Source: Candidatus Dojkabacteria bacterium (GTDB lineage Bacteria; Patescibacteriota; Dojkabacteria; SC72). From it: a stretch of 64,000 nt of DNA. Below are positions 28,989-39,014 of the stretch, piece after piece. Both the position numbers and the translations under genes were made by a program. The notes under the pieces were generated by a model. It did no database searches. It was not told where the DNA came from and worked only from the letters and a program-made list of their open reading frames with translations. The DNA lies in the NCBI GenBank assembly GCA_050943415.1, contig JBMNPD010000001.1:4317-68316 (forward strand). Reading direction: 5' to 3'. The first letter of the stretch is position 1, and the number at the start of each line of letters is the position of its first letter.

Positions 28989-29099
28989 TTTATTTTTCCT
29001 TTCTTGTTTTTATGTATTTGAATGGATAGCTTTTAAGATATTAGGAAAATATCATAGAAGCTACCCACTCTTTTGAAAGGAGAGAGTCACATAATTCTC

Positions 29100-29116
29100 A
29101 TAGATTATTAAAGTGC
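29100..29116 (-). promoter_or_regulatory. boxA-like leader motif GCACTTTAATAATCTAT, identical to 31211-31227
   Basis: 17-nt exact repeat, each copy lying just downstream of TGaTATAAT in front of unrelated ORFs. Confidence 0.6.
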
Positions 29117-29248
29117 AAGTTAGTAGTATTATATCAAGAATTCAAGAGTAAGTATACACTATAGGGTAATGGGTCGCCATATGATGGTATCACACACCTG
29201 AATTAATGGTATACTCTCTATATAATACAATCTAAGTGCAAGTAATTC

Positions 29249-29536
29249 GTGCTTATGAAAAAAGCTACAATACTTATCTTACTAATTTGTTTTTACTTAA
29301 TCGGTAGTTTCGTTTTTCTATTTGTTGAATATTCCAAGTATTCTGATACAAATAATAAATATATTACTCTACAAAAAGAAGTAGATAAAATTCATGATAA
29401 ATTAAGAATTATTTCAGATGAGAAAGCAAAATTAAAATTAGAAGAAGAAACTGTTAATAATGAAAAGAAAATCCAAATTGAACAGTATCAAAAATGGGAA
29501 AGACAAAATCAGATCCTAAAAGATTTAATAAAATAG
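29249..29536 (+). CDS. TM plus coiled-coil hypothetical protein
   Basis: N-terminal TM; overlaps the deacetylase gene. Confidence 0.65.
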   Translation: MLMKKATILILLICFYLIGSFVFLFVEYSKYSDTNNKYITLQKEVDKIHDKLRIISDEKAKLKLEEETVNNEKKIQIEQYQKWERQNQILKDLIK

Positions 29537-30426
29537 CATATACTATTTTGTTAATTTTTCTAGTCCTTCTATTAGTTGGCATTGTCATAACAATAATAAA
29601 ATTAAGAATATTGAGAAAAGAAAAACAATCAGAAATTCATACTGTTAACAATGTATTATCCAAACAACAAAAAGCATATGATACAGAGTTAGAAGAGATA
29701 GAACATCTTTCTAATAGTATAGATAATATAAAAAATATTGAGAACTCAATTGAAAATATTAAGAAAGAATTTTTTGAGAATGCACAGAAGTATGAAAAAA
29801 TAGTATCTGAAGGTAAAGGTAGTAAGAAAATAGCATATATTACAATAGATGATGGTCCATATACCTATACATCGGCTTTTTTAGATATACTTGATAAGCA
29901 TGATATTTTAGCTACTTTCTTTTTATTAGGGAAACCTGATAATAAATATACTCCAGTATATAGAAGGATTGCTGATAGTGGTCACACTGTAGCTAATCAT
30001 ACCTACTCACATGCTATATATGAAGGTCTTTATGTAACTGTTGATTCTTTTGTTAATGATGTATTAAAACAAGAAAATTTTTTATTTAATAAGACTGGTG
30101 TAAAAACGAATATTTTAAGATTTCCAGGAGGTAGTACTTCTGCTCTACCGCCTTATAGAGCTAATATATTAAAACGGTTAAGAACACATAATTATGGGTA
30201 TGTAGATTGGAATGTGTCATCTGGTGATGCTGGTGAGAAACCAACAAGAGAAAAAGTCTATAACAATATAATTAATGGATCAAAAAACAGAAATATAATT
30301 GTTATATTAATGCATGATTATAGTTGGGCTTCACTATCAGCATTACCTTCAGTTATTGAAGAGCTTAAAGAGAGGGATTATATATTTCTACCATTGTTCT
30401 ATGAGAGTTGTATGATTATAAAATAG
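29494..30426 (+). CDS. Polysaccharide (peptidoglycan) deacetylase, CE4/NodB
   Basis: TIDDGP, ATFFLLG, NHTYSH, RFPGG, LMHD. Confidence 0.92.
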   Translation: MGKTKSDPKRFNKIAYTILLIFLVLLLVGIVITIIKLRILRKEKQSEIHTVNNVLSKQQKAYDTELEEIEHLSNSIDNIKNIENSIENIKKEFFENAQKYEKIVSEGKGSKKIAYITIDDGPYTYTSAFLDILDKHDILATFFLLGKPDNKYTPVYRRIADSGHTVANHTYSHAIYEGLYVTVDSFVNDVLKQENFLFNKTGVKTNILRFPGGSTSALPPYRANILKRLRTHNYGYVDWNVSSGDAGEKPTREKVYNNIINGSKNRNIIVILMHDYSWASLSALPSVIEELKERDYIFLPLFYESCMIIK

Positions 30427-30537
30427 TTCCAATTTAGAAAGGGTGTAAAAGAACATTTGTTAAACTAAAATTAGTGTATGTTGTATAAATTTAGCACTCC
30501 TAGATATTAAGGAATATATCTAATATAGTTTTGTGTC

Positions 30538-30600
30538 AAAAAGAAAAAAGTCTGAGGGAGGTTAGTGATGGTAATTAACCAGTCATAATAACCTCTCTCA
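30538..30600 (-). terminator. Long hairpin plus U-tract after 30623-31162
   Basis: tgagggaggtta / taacctctctca. Confidence 0.65.
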
Positions 30601-30622
30601 AGCATATCATACTTTTAATAAT

Positions 30623-31162
30623 CTATCTTAAACTTAGAGAAAGCAAGTGAAATTTTCTGTTGTCACATTGTTCTAAAATTTCCCATGCTTTTTTAACATG
30701 GTTAGAATCAAAATGAGGATTTCTTTTATCTAGTATCATTTTAATTTTTTCATAACCAGATAAACAAAATTCATATCTCTTAATATAGTCCAATGAACTA
30801 AGTAATTCCAACCATTTGAGTTTACTTGTCGGTAAATCATAGTTAAGAACTTGTAAGGTATCCCTCAACTCAATTACAAGATTTGTATTTTTTAAATCGG
30901 AATCTTTATTCAGAATTCCATTTTCAAACATAGTATCAATTTTGTTTAGTTTTCGTTCTAAACCATCTGAATGAGGTCCTTGCGTATTCCAAGTGAAGGT
31001 AAAATCAATATATTCACCTAGAAATACTCGAAGGAAGTAACACATTGTTTGTGACATAATATGTTTTTCAGATTTGTAAGGAAGATCTTGATAATTTTTC
31101 TTGTAAAATATGGCGAACAACTTTAAAAACTTTTGTTGTTCATAACTGAATTCTTTAATCAT
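30623..31162 (-). CDS. YwgA/DUF4065 (Panacea)-like orphan protein
   Basis: 'Q...YFL......F.F.W...GPHS..L' and 'WLELLSSL.Y' motifs; AAGGAG SD favours the start at 31162. Confidence 0.5.
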   Translation of the reverse strand: MIKEFSYEQQKFLKLFAIFYKKNYQDLPYKSEKHIMSQTMCYFLRVFLGEYIDFTFTWNTQGPHSDGLERKLNKIDTMFENGILNKDSDLKNTNLVIELRDTLQVLNYDLPTSKLKWLELLSSLDYIKRYEFCLSGYEKIKMILDKRNPHFDSNHVKKAWEILEQCDNRKFHLLSLSLR

Positions 31163-31277
31163 TTTCTCTCTCCTTTTTCTGGTATAAAATTGTACTCTCT
31201 GTACCAACCAATAGATTATTAAAGTGCGATGAAACATTATATCAATTAGCACTAATTACGAAAAGATTATTATAGAT

Positions 31278-32483
31278 TTAATATCTTTTATTGATAGGTA
31301 AAACTTTATTAGTGTTTGCCGACCGAGCAAATCCCTCTATTGTTTCTTTAGTCATATTTAATAAGTTTGGAAGTTGCTCTCCTATTCTATCGACCCACCT
31401 ACCTTCTAAAAGATGTATATTTTTAACCTCACCTTCACTCTCTCCAATACTTATATACATGTTGTCTAAAATATCTCGGCCTTTCTTGGCTGAATTTATA
31501 ATGGTGTCCTGCATAGATTTACTAATCGAATATTTGCCAAAATCACCAATAAATATATTCGAGAAGTATTCTTTTAGATATGATGTTGTAATAGAGGTAG
31601 TAGGTAATAATGTATCATTTTGGGCTGTTTTACTTTTTAATACGACTTTAGGTTTAACTATTCTATCAAACCCTCCAGACAACTTAAGATAGTCTAGAGT
31701 ATTGTTATCAATATTTTTTGTTTCTAAATATTCTAAAACCTCATCTACTTTACTCTCGAATGAGAGTAGCTCTTCTAGATGATTATTACTTGTTCTTACT
31801 TCTGGATATTTAAAAATATTATTAATGTTTTGAAGAATATCACTAGGGATATAATTTTCTCCTACAATATCCTTTATTTCATCTTCTGGTAAAATTCTAT
31901 CTATATCTTTAGTTGTATACTCCTTCATAATCTCATAATCTAGATTGTAATCATATTTAAGAAGATACTTTATTTCATTGTACAAAACTATTCCTAACAT
32001 TGGTTCATCCTTAGAAAACTCTCTAAGCCATGTTCTAAGATTCCTTCCTATTCTATTCTGTTCTTTTGTGTTTTGTGTTCTCATTCTCTCCTTAATGGCA
32101 TTTGCCATTTCTCTAGCTATCTCTGTATGTATTAATTTTTCAGGTTCATACTGACCAGGAAGAGTGATGAATTCGTTAGTAGATAGAATAAAATCATATC
32201 TTAGTGATCTTATATCCTCTTCATGAATTCTCTCTTGTTTTTCTATTTTGTAGAATGAGGAGATAGGAAATTTCTCTTTAACAAGAAGTTGTAAAGCTAA
32301 AATACTGTCAAAAGAGTGTTTTTGGATTGAATGTCCATCATATGATATTCTCTCTGGGTTCTCTAAATATATCTGAAAATAATCTTGCATTTTTGATATT
32401 TCTCCTTTATTTTCAGATAGTCTAAAAGCGTATTCTAATTTGTTGGAACGATATATTGGTATTTCTAGTCCATTTTGTTGCAA
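31278..32483 (-). CDS. Hypothetical protein
   Basis: 401-aa ORF, no recognised motif. Confidence 0.7.
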   Translation of the reverse strand: MQQNGLEIPIYRSNKLEYAFRLSENKGEISKMQDYFQIYLENPERISYDGHSIQKHSFDSILALQLLVKEKFPISSFYKIEKQERIHEEDIRSLRYDFILSTNEFITLPGQYEPEKLIHTEIAREMANAIKERMRTQNTKEQNRIGRNLRTWLREFSKDEPMLGIVLYNEIKYLLKYDYNLDYEIMKEYTTKDIDRILPEDEIKDIVGENYIPSDILQNINNIFKYPEVRTSNNHLEELLSFESKVDEVLEYLETKNIDNNTLDYLKLSGGFDRIVKPKVVLKSKTAQNDTLLPTTSITTSYLKEYFSNIFIGDFGKYSISKSMQDTIINSAKKGRDILDNMYISIGESEGEVKNIHLLEGRWVDRIGEQLPNLLNMTKETIEGFARSANTNKVLPINKRY

Positions 32484-32944
32484 GATAGGGGTACCATCTT
32501 CATATTGATATATTTTTTTCTTCCTTCTTTATACTGTAGATATTTGGCTTCCTCTTCAGTACTATTTATATGTGAGAGTTCTGGCTTAAGTATTCCATAT
32601 GACAAATCGCCTCTCCTTACAAATATCATTTTTCCACTAAATTTTATTCCTTTTGTATATCTGAGATATTCTTCTGTTACTACAATAGCATCATCAGTCT
32701 CATATATATGTGAATTTGTAAAAGCATTGCCAACTTCATCACTACTTATACCCTTAATTCTGTTAATATCTATATCCTCAGTTTGGTATGTTTGGGCTCC
32801 TATTACTAAGGGTAAAGGTAAATTATCAGTTATAGTTTTATTGTATGGATCTAATTCAGGAGAATTAGAATCAGGTGTTACTACCAATATGGGAGTAGTG
32901 TCAAGTTGTTCTGTTTTTACTGGTGAATCAAATTGGGTACCCAT
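32465..32944 (-). CDS. Hypothetical protein
   Basis: 159-aa ORF overlapping the downstream gene; leaderless-type -10. Confidence 0.6.
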   Translation of the reverse strand: MGTQFDSPVKTEQLDTTPILVVTPDSNSPELDPYNKTITDNLPLPLVIGAQTYQTEDIDINRIKGISSDEVGNAFTNSHIYETDDAIVVTEEYLRYTKGIKFSGKMIFVRRGDLSYGILKPELSHINSTEEEAKYLQYKEGRKKYINMKMVPLSCNKMD

Positions 32945-33030
32945 AACTTATATTAACAGAATTAAGTGGATAATTGTAGTAGGAAGATGTATAATACTAT
33001 GGGGTGAGATCTTTAAAAGTGAGGTTTAGT

Positions 33031-33375
33031 ATGAAAAATCTTGGAATTTGGATAAAGGGAAATCAATATTTTGCTGTTCAGGATCAAAACGAAACAGCAT
33101 TTATTAATTTAACTCCAAACCCAATTATTTTGTTAGGAATGGATATTCCTGGCAAGTTATTTGGAGATATAATAATCCCAACATCTGGGCATATAGCATA
33201 TATCTTAGATAAAGTAATTGTCGGACTTCCCATAAAAAGGGAGGAAACCTTTTTAATTGTAGATTATTCAGTATTTCTTCTCTCACAAAGAGAAGATTTA
33301 TGCATCTCAATACGAGGTGGTTTTGATGAAGACAAGATTGTTATGGTGCCAATTCGACCACCTATTTATTTATAG
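33031..33375 (+). CDS. Orphan protein of an 'INLTP..SG..A..GLP..IV..R.DL' family that I associate with phages
   Basis: TATAAT 32990-32995; GAGGT SD; terminator at 33394-33440. Confidence 0.65.
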   Translation: MKNLGIWIKGNQYFAVQDQNETAFINLTPNPIILLGMDIPGKLFGDIIIPTSGHIAYILDKVIVGLPIKREETFLIVDYSVFLLSQREDLCISIRGGFDEDKIVMVPIRPPIYL

Positions 33376-33393
33376 TCATAACTCAACCACATT

Positions 33394-33440
33394 GGTAGGT
33401 ATCTTAATTTTTAACAAGAAGATACCTACCTTTCTTTCTC
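33394..33440 (+). terminator. Intrinsic terminator
   Basis: ggtaggtatctt / aagatacctacc followed by tttctttctc. Confidence 0.75.
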
Positions 33441-33479
33441 TGGTGGTAGAGGCTAAAAATATATGGTAAGCTTATTTTT

Positions 33480-34193
33480 ATGAGTATATTTGACTTTATA
33501 TTTGGTAATCGTATTAGTACTACCTCTTTTAATCAATTACGAAGTAAAATTGTAAAACTTAGAAAGTCTAATATATATCCATTTGTTGAAAATCTTCCTC
33601 AAGCGATATCATTTCCATATGATTTCTGGAAGGACATTATCAAAATATTTAAAAGTACAGACAGTGATGGTAGAGAGAGGGCATTCTCAATATTTTGGGC
33701 TGATGGAGAGGTACTTTTTACTAAAGTAAAAACAGGTTCAGACAGAATGGTTAAGAGTGGAGGTTCTGTTCAGATTAAATATTCTCAGCATCCTACTAAG
33801 AGAGACTATGCTAGAAAGGAGTTATATATAGATGGAAAGTTAGAGAAAAAGAGAGATGTATATTTTAAAAATGTACCTAAGAGTTTGGAAGTACAATATC
33901 TCTTTAATATACATACACATCCTAAATATATTAGAGAAGATGGTACAAATAACTATCATTTTTTCTCTGCACAGGATATTAAATCATTGATATCTTCTAA
34001 GGCCATTATGACAGGATTAATTACCGATGTCGTTTGGATATTAATTAGAACAAGTAAAACTCCTGACAATGTAGATACTTTAGTAGATTCTCAAGTAACA
34101 CCTGAGTATCTTGAAGAGGTTCTTCATATTGGTTTATACAAGGCTAAGTTTAACGAAAAAGCGTTTAGGTATAGATATGTAAAGGATATATAA
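33480..34193 (+). CDS. JAB/MPN-like metallo-domain protein
   Basis: Upstream Glu (GRERAF) and 'HTHP....FFSAQD'. Confidence 0.55.
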   Translation: MSIFDFIFGNRISTTSFNQLRSKIVKLRKSNIYPFVENLPQAISFPYDFWKDIIKIFKSTDSDGRERAFSIFWADGEVLFTKVKTGSDRMVKSGGSVQIKYSQHPTKRDYARKELYIDGKLEKKRDVYFKNVPKSLEVQYLFNIHTHPKYIREDGTNNYHFFSAQDIKSLISSKAIMTGLITDVVWILIRTSKTPDNVDTLVDSQVTPEYLEEVLHIGLYKAKFNEKAFRYRYVKDI

Positions 34194-34351
34194 CTGTTAA
34201 TTTTTCTTTTTACTAGACAAATCTAGTAAAAATAGAAAGCTACTCTATTATTACATAAAACTATTTAAAATTTAGGATAATCTAGATGGAGTTGGTTAGT
34301 AGATATAATTATGAACTTGGAATTATCTGTTAATATTAAATGAATCCTATT

Positions 34352-34423
34352 AAAAAGAAAAAGCACCTACGGTTCGACTATCACTCAAGCGAGTAGATAT
34401 TGTCTTACCATCAACGGTGCTTT
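34352..34423 (-). terminator. Long composite hairpin plus U-tract after 34428-34733
   Basis: aaagcacc/ggtgcttt with inner gac-tatc-actc/gagt-gata-gtc. Confidence 0.65.
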
Positions 34424-34427
34424 CTTC

Positions 34428-34733
34428 CTAGTTCTGTTGTTTAATTGCTTTATTAAAAAAAGCTATAGCTTTGTTTCCTTCGTCTCCGAGTTTAAGGTTT
34501 TCAAAAAATTTTGGAATAGACTCGTATATAAGGTCTTTCGTCATAAGTGGATGTTGATCGGAAAAAACATCTTGAAATGCAAGTAAGGTCTCTAATACCA
34601 ATCCTTCTGGTAAGAGTTCTTGATCAGCAATCTTTGCTATCCTTGGGAAAAACTTCTCAAGCATATAATTCGATATGTTTTTCCAAGTTTGCATAATAGC
34701 CGTCTTAATTTGATCTTCTGTTAATTTTATCAT
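34428..34733 (-). CDS. Orphan hypothetical protein (SD-led stand-alone unit)
   Basis: AAGGAG SD; TGgTATAAT at 34782-34790. Confidence 0.7.
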   Translation of the reverse strand: MIKLTEDQIKTAIMQTWKNISNYMLEKFFPRIAKIADQELLPEGLVLETLLAFQDVFSDQHPLMTKDLIYESIPKFFENLKLGDEGNKAIAFFNKAIKQQN

Positions 34734-34810
34734 CTCTTCTCTCCTTTTTGAAAAGAACTAGGGTTGTTTTATAAACATCTCATTATACCAAAAAACAGGG
34801 GAATTTACTA

Positions 34811-34887
34811 TGGGGTGGATAATGGGAGTCGAACCCACAACCCCTGGTGCCACAAACCAGTGCTCTAACCATTGAGCTATATCCACC
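34811..34887 (-). tRNA. tRNA-His (GTG), with encoded G-1 and CCA
   Basis: Cloverleaf GTGGATA/TATCCAC; anticodon arm ctggt-ttGTGgc-accag; GTTCGA T-loop. Confidence 0.96.
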
Positions 34888-34973
34888 ATGTAATCTAATT
34901 ATACAGTATTCTCTCTATATGTTCTATTCTCTGTGATATAATTCTCAAAATTGTTCTTTAAAAGGAGGAAATA

Positions 34974-35354
34974 GTGGAAACAAAATACATTGAAGGTTTA
35001 GGGTATTGCCATGTCGTTATAGAGGATAATTTCTTCTATGTCAAAATATCAGTTGTAAATTTGACTACTAGCGTTCTGTATATGGATTTTCCTGATAAAG
35101 ATCTATGTGGTTTCTATGAACATAGTGGATGGGTAGCCTTCGTTAGAGGTGGTCAATGTTACTGCAAGCATCTGGTAACAGGAGAAATAGTTCCATTTCC
35201 TCAGTCACAAAAAGCAGTTCTGTTTTTTGTAGACAAAGAGGTATATGATTACCTTACGAAAACAGACTGGGGAAAAGAATCTGGTTTTTACAACACTTTA
35301 AGATCGATGGACCAAGGCATCGATGCTGTAGTAGTGACTCGCTACAGACAATAA
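34974..35354 (+). CDS. Orphan protein, probable paralog of 33031-33375
   Basis: AAGGAGG SD, GTG start; 'VVNLT..SGWVAFV..PFP..FFVDKEV'. Confidence 0.7.
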   Translation: METKYIEGLGYCHVVIEDNFFYVKISVVNLTTSVLYMDFPDKDLCGFYEHSGWVAFVRGGQCYCKHLVTGEIVPFPQSQKAVLFFVDKEVYDYLTKTDWGKESGFYNTLRSMDQGIDAVVVTRYRQ

Positions 35355-35358
35355 AATA

Positions 35359-35443
35359 AGAACAATTGGAAGAGAGCGAATTTTGAGAAGTATACAGTTT
35401 AAAGGTATACAAAACAATTTTCGTTCTCTAAAATTTTTGTTCT
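35359..35443 (+). terminator. Long composite hairpin after 34974-35354
   Basis: agagagcgaa/ttcgttctct, inner gtatac/gtatac, outer agaacaa/ttgttct. Confidence 0.55.
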
Positions 35444-35498
35444 CCTATTATGGCTCTCAAAAGTAGTATCAGTAAAATAAAATATGGTATAATTTAAA

Positions 35499-35735
35499 AT
35501 GGAATCAATAGAAACATATACAGAAGAAGAGAATTCAGAAAACAACTTTGCTAGATTTTTTGATAAAAATGGGAACCCTGTTCCAAAAAGCCATGTATAC
35601 TGTAAAATAGATGGAACACCATATCAACTTGTTGATGATGAAGATGGTCAACTCAAAATGACAAAAGAGAGACTAATCGAAGTTAAAAGATTTCGTTCTA
35701 ATGAGGAAAATCCTATTTCTTCTTCCTCTGATTAA
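35499..35735 (+). CDS. Small acidic hypothetical protein
   Basis: TGgTATAAT 5 nt before ATG (leaderless type). Confidence 0.6.
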   Translation: MESIETYTEEENSENNFARFFDKNGNPVPKSHVYCKIDGTPYQLVDDEDGQLKMTKERLIEVKRFRSNEENPISSSSD

Positions 35736-36393
35736 ACATATTTACATAGTAAAGTAGATTCAATATAGAAGACAACAAACCTGCTAAATATGTAAACGCA
35801 GCAGCAGTTAGTACACTCTTAGCACCATCTCTCTTCTCTTTTGTTATCAAATTATATTTCTTAATAAACTCCATACCTCTCCTACTAGCATCTAATTCTA
35901 CAGGTAAAGTAACTAAACAAAATATTACACTAGTAGAAAATAATACTAACCCTATCTCAGAAAGCCTAAATATTGATAAAGCTAAACCAAGAAAGAATAA
36001 TATATACCCTATCTGTGTACTAATATTAGTTACAGGAACCATAAACTGTCTAATTCTGTATACAAAAGTAGAAGAAAACTTCTGTTGTACATGACCAAAC
36101 TCATGAGCAACAATAGCAATATCTGCAACACTCCTAGATTCTCTGTTTCTTTGGGATACTCTAACAACATCATTAACAGGATCAAAATGATCACCCAATG
36201 GATTTTGATCTATAGTAATATCAACAGGAAAATTCTCTCCATCACATATAATATTAGCAGCCTCTTCACCTGTAATATTCTTTCCCGAATCTTCTGAAGA
36301 GTATCTGTAAAACATATATTTAACATAAAGCTGCGAGACAATTGTTAACAAAAGACCCGGAATTGCAAAATACCAATACATTGAATCTATCAT
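35713..36393 (-). CDS. Membrane zinc metallopeptidase (YugP-like)
   Basis: DHFDP, AHEFGH, TLPVELDASRR, VLTAAAFTY. Confidence 0.92.
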   Translation of the reverse strand: MIDSMYWYFAIPGLLLTIVSQLYVKYMFYRYSSEDSGKNITGEEAANIICDGENFPVDITIDQNPLGDHFDPVNDVVRVSQRNRESRSVADIAIVAHEFGHVQQKFSSTFVYRIRQFMVPVTNISTQIGYILFFLGLALSIFRLSEIGLVLFSTSVIFCLVTLPVELDASRRGMEFIKKYNLITKEKRDGAKSVLTAAAFTYLAGLLSSILNLLYYVNMFNQRKKK

Positions 36394-36452
36394 ATTCTTC
36401 AGTTAAAAACTTAAATCATTTGAATAGTATATCAAATGTAGTATATTAAAAT

Positions 36453-36905
36453 ATGGAACTCAAGAAAACAGATAAATATATGTTAGAAGCTATTAATGAA
36501 GCTTACAAAGGTATTAAGCAAGGTCACGGAGGTCCTTTTGGAGCAGTTCTTGTTCAGAAGGGTAAAATAGTTGCCAAAGCACATAATACTGTACTACGAG
36601 ATAATGATGCTACATGTCATGCAGAAATGCATGTTATTAGGAACGGTTCTAAAAAGCTAAAGAGGTTTGATCTCTCTGACTGTGAACTGTATACAACAGG
36701 TAAGCCTTGTCCTATGTGTAAGAGTGCTATACAGTGGGCTAAGATAAAGAATGTATACTACGGTTGTGATTACAACGATGCTAAAGCAATAGGATTTGTA
36801 GAGAAAGCAGGGAATAGTAAATCATACAAAGAGAAAAAGATTTGTTCTAAAGAGTGTAAAGAGTTGTATTCTGAGTATAAGAAATTGAAGTTACCTAGAT
36901 ACTAG
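36453..36905 (+). CDS. guaD: Guanine/nucleoside deaminase
   Basis: GGPFGAV, HAEM, PCPMC. Confidence 0.8.
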   Translation: MELKKTDKYMLEAINEAYKGIKQGHGGPFGAVLVQKGKIVAKAHNTVLRDNDATCHAEMHVIRNGSKKLKRFDLSDCELYTTGKPCPMCKSAIQWAKIKNVYYGCDYNDAKAIGFVEKAGNSKSYKEKKICSKECKELYSEYKKLKLPRY

Positions 36906-39014
36906 CTACTTCTTCACATACAGCTTTATATCAACAACTACTGCCCTATCCTCGGTTAACATGACAGGATTAATGTCCATAGAGATTATTTCAGGATAGC
37001 TCACTAACATTTTCTGTACTTTTTCAAGAAGATCTATCAATTTTTCTCTTGCTAATCTAGGCTTACCTCTATATCCATCAATAATCATTGATACTTTTGT
37101 TTCTGAAAGAATTCTATCTATATTTTCTCTACTCTCAGGAACTAAAATATGCTTAATATCTTTATATACCTCTGTAAATATTCCTCCTTTACCTACAGCC
37201 ATGAGGTGACCAAAACCAAGCCCTTCTTCTTCATATATATCTGATGAACCTTCCCTATTAGCACCTAAAAATATCTCTAACTTACCTTCAATCATTTCTT
37301 GAATTAAGATATTTGGAGCCGATTTACCAGTTGTTTTTGCAACTGTTTCTTTCAATTCTTCAAATTTTTCTTCAAATTCAGTTATGGTTCTAATATCTAA
37401 AAACAATCCTTTGTAGTCAGTTTTATGTGCCAAATCTTCAGCTGTTGCCTTAATTGCTACTGGGAATATTAATGAAGCAAAATCTCTTCCTTGCTCTAAG
37501 CTACTAGTTACAAGTTGCTTAGGATAGTCTATCTTAAATTCGTCCATGATATTAATTGCCAAATCATCAGGTAGTATCGCAATCTCATCATCTACACAGT
37601 ACTCTTGTACTTCTTTTCTGTATTTACCTTTCTTAAATAGTTTCTCTGATGATATTGAAATAACTCTTTCTTTTGATGAATCAAATACCATTAGCTTAGA
37701 TAGTAGATGCATACATTCCTGAATATCGTTAAAATTAGGAACCTTTGCATTTTCTAATATTCTAACTCCAGACTTAATATTTTTGCCTCCCAAGAAACAT
37801 GTAAATACAGGTTTAGAGGTTTGTTTACATATATTTGTGATGACTTCTGCAGTTCCTTCAATATCTGTTACTAATTGAGGTGTTAAGATTACTACAACAG
37901 CATCTACATTAATATCTTCTAGTACAGTATTTATGGCGTAAGCATATCTATCACTTTTAGCATCACCTAAAACATCTATTGGATTTGATAAATTGGATTC
38001 TTCTGGTAGTTCTTTCATTAATTTCTGTTTTGTCTTCTCTCCAAAATCAATGATATTGATATTCTCTTTCTCTGCTTGGTCAACTGCTATGATACCTGGT
38101 CCACCTGCATTTGATACAATTGCTACATTGTTTCCTTTAGGTAATGTGTCTGATTCTACTAATTCCATTAGTTTGAATAATTCTTCTGAGTTTTCAGCAT
38201 GAATGAGGTTTCCTTTTTTAATCGCAGCTATTGTAGTATCGTAAGAAGAAGCAAGAGAGCCTGTATGAGAGGTTATTGCCTCTCTAGATTTTTCTGAACT
38301 ACCAGGAGCTATTATGAGGATTGGTTTCTTTGATTTCTGAACAATTGTGAGGAACTCTTTCCCATCAGTAAATTCTTCTAAATATACAGCAATGGCTTTT
38401 ACAGTAGGATCATTTATGAGCGATGGAAGTAGTTCATTTTCATTTATATCTGCTTTGTTACCTAAAGAAATTATATGTGAGAAGCCTAATTCTTTTTCAC
38501 AAGCCATATCAAGTATTGCTGCACAGAATGCTCCAGATTGAGAAATAAAAGCTATGTTGCCATCTCCTGGGTTTTCTCTTGCAAATGATATATTAGTCTT
38601 ACTTCTGTTGTTAATATATCCTAAACAGTTAGGCCCTATCAATCTTATTCCTGCATCTTTTAATTTTTGAGTTATACGTTTTTCTAGTTCTTTTCCCTCT
38701 CCTCCTGTTTCCTTAAATCCAGCTGAAATTATGACAACTGATTGTACTTTTTTCTCTATACATTGATCTATTACTGTTTCAACAAATTGTCTTGGAATTG
38801 CAATACATACTAAGTCAATATCTTCTTCTACTGCTAATATATCAGGATATGCTTTTCTTCCTTGTAGCTCCTCGTATTTAGGATTAATTGGGTATATCTT
38901 ACCATTGTAACCATCAGTTATGAGGTTTTTGAGTAGTACAGCACCGATTTTTTCCAAATCAGCAGATGCACCTACTATGGCGATAGATTTAGGCGAAAGT
39001 ATTGGGAGTGTCAT
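36906..39014 (-). CDS. acdAB: Acetate--CoA ligase (ADP-forming), fused alpha/beta
   Basis: PKSIAIVGAS, GPNCLG, SQSGA, SHTGSLA, NPIDVLGDA, C-terminal ATP-grasp with DINP. Confidence 0.92.
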   Translation of the reverse strand: MTLPILSPKSIAIVGASADLEKIGAVLLKNLITDGYNGKIYPINPKYEELQGRKAYPDILAVEEDIDLVCIAIPRQFVETVIDQCIEKKVQSVVIISAGFKETGGEGKELEKRITQKLKDAGIRLIGPNCLGYINNRSKTNISFARENPGDGNIAFISQSGAFCAAILDMACEKELGFSHIISLGNKADINENELLPSLINDPTVKAIAVYLEEFTDGKEFLTIVQKSKKPILIIAPGSSEKSREAITSHTGSLASSYDTTIAAIKKGNLIHAENSEELFKLMELVESDTLPKGNNVAIVSNAGGPGIIAVDQAEKENINIIDFGEKTKQKLMKELPEESNLSNPIDVLGDAKSDRYAYAINTVLEDINVDAVVVILTPQLVTDIEGTAEVITNICKQTSKPVFTCFLGGKNIKSGVRILENAKVPNFNDIQECMHLLSKLMVFDSSKERVISISSEKLFKKGKYRKEVQEYCVDDEIAILPDDLAINIMDEFKIDYPKQLVTSSLEQGRDFASLIFPVAIKATAEDLAHKTDYKGLFLDIRTITEFEEKFEELKETVAKTTGKSAPNILIQEMIEGKLEIFLGANREGSSDIYEEEGLGFGHLMAVGKGGIFTEVYKDIKHILVPESRENIDRILSETKVSMIIDGYRGKPRLAREKLIDLLEKVQKMLVSYPEIISMDINPVMLTEDRAVVVDIKLYVKK

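Noticed and set aside
34811-34887. tRNA-His as an attB site of an integrated element
   Set aside because: No duplicated tRNA 3' end or integrase found in the window.
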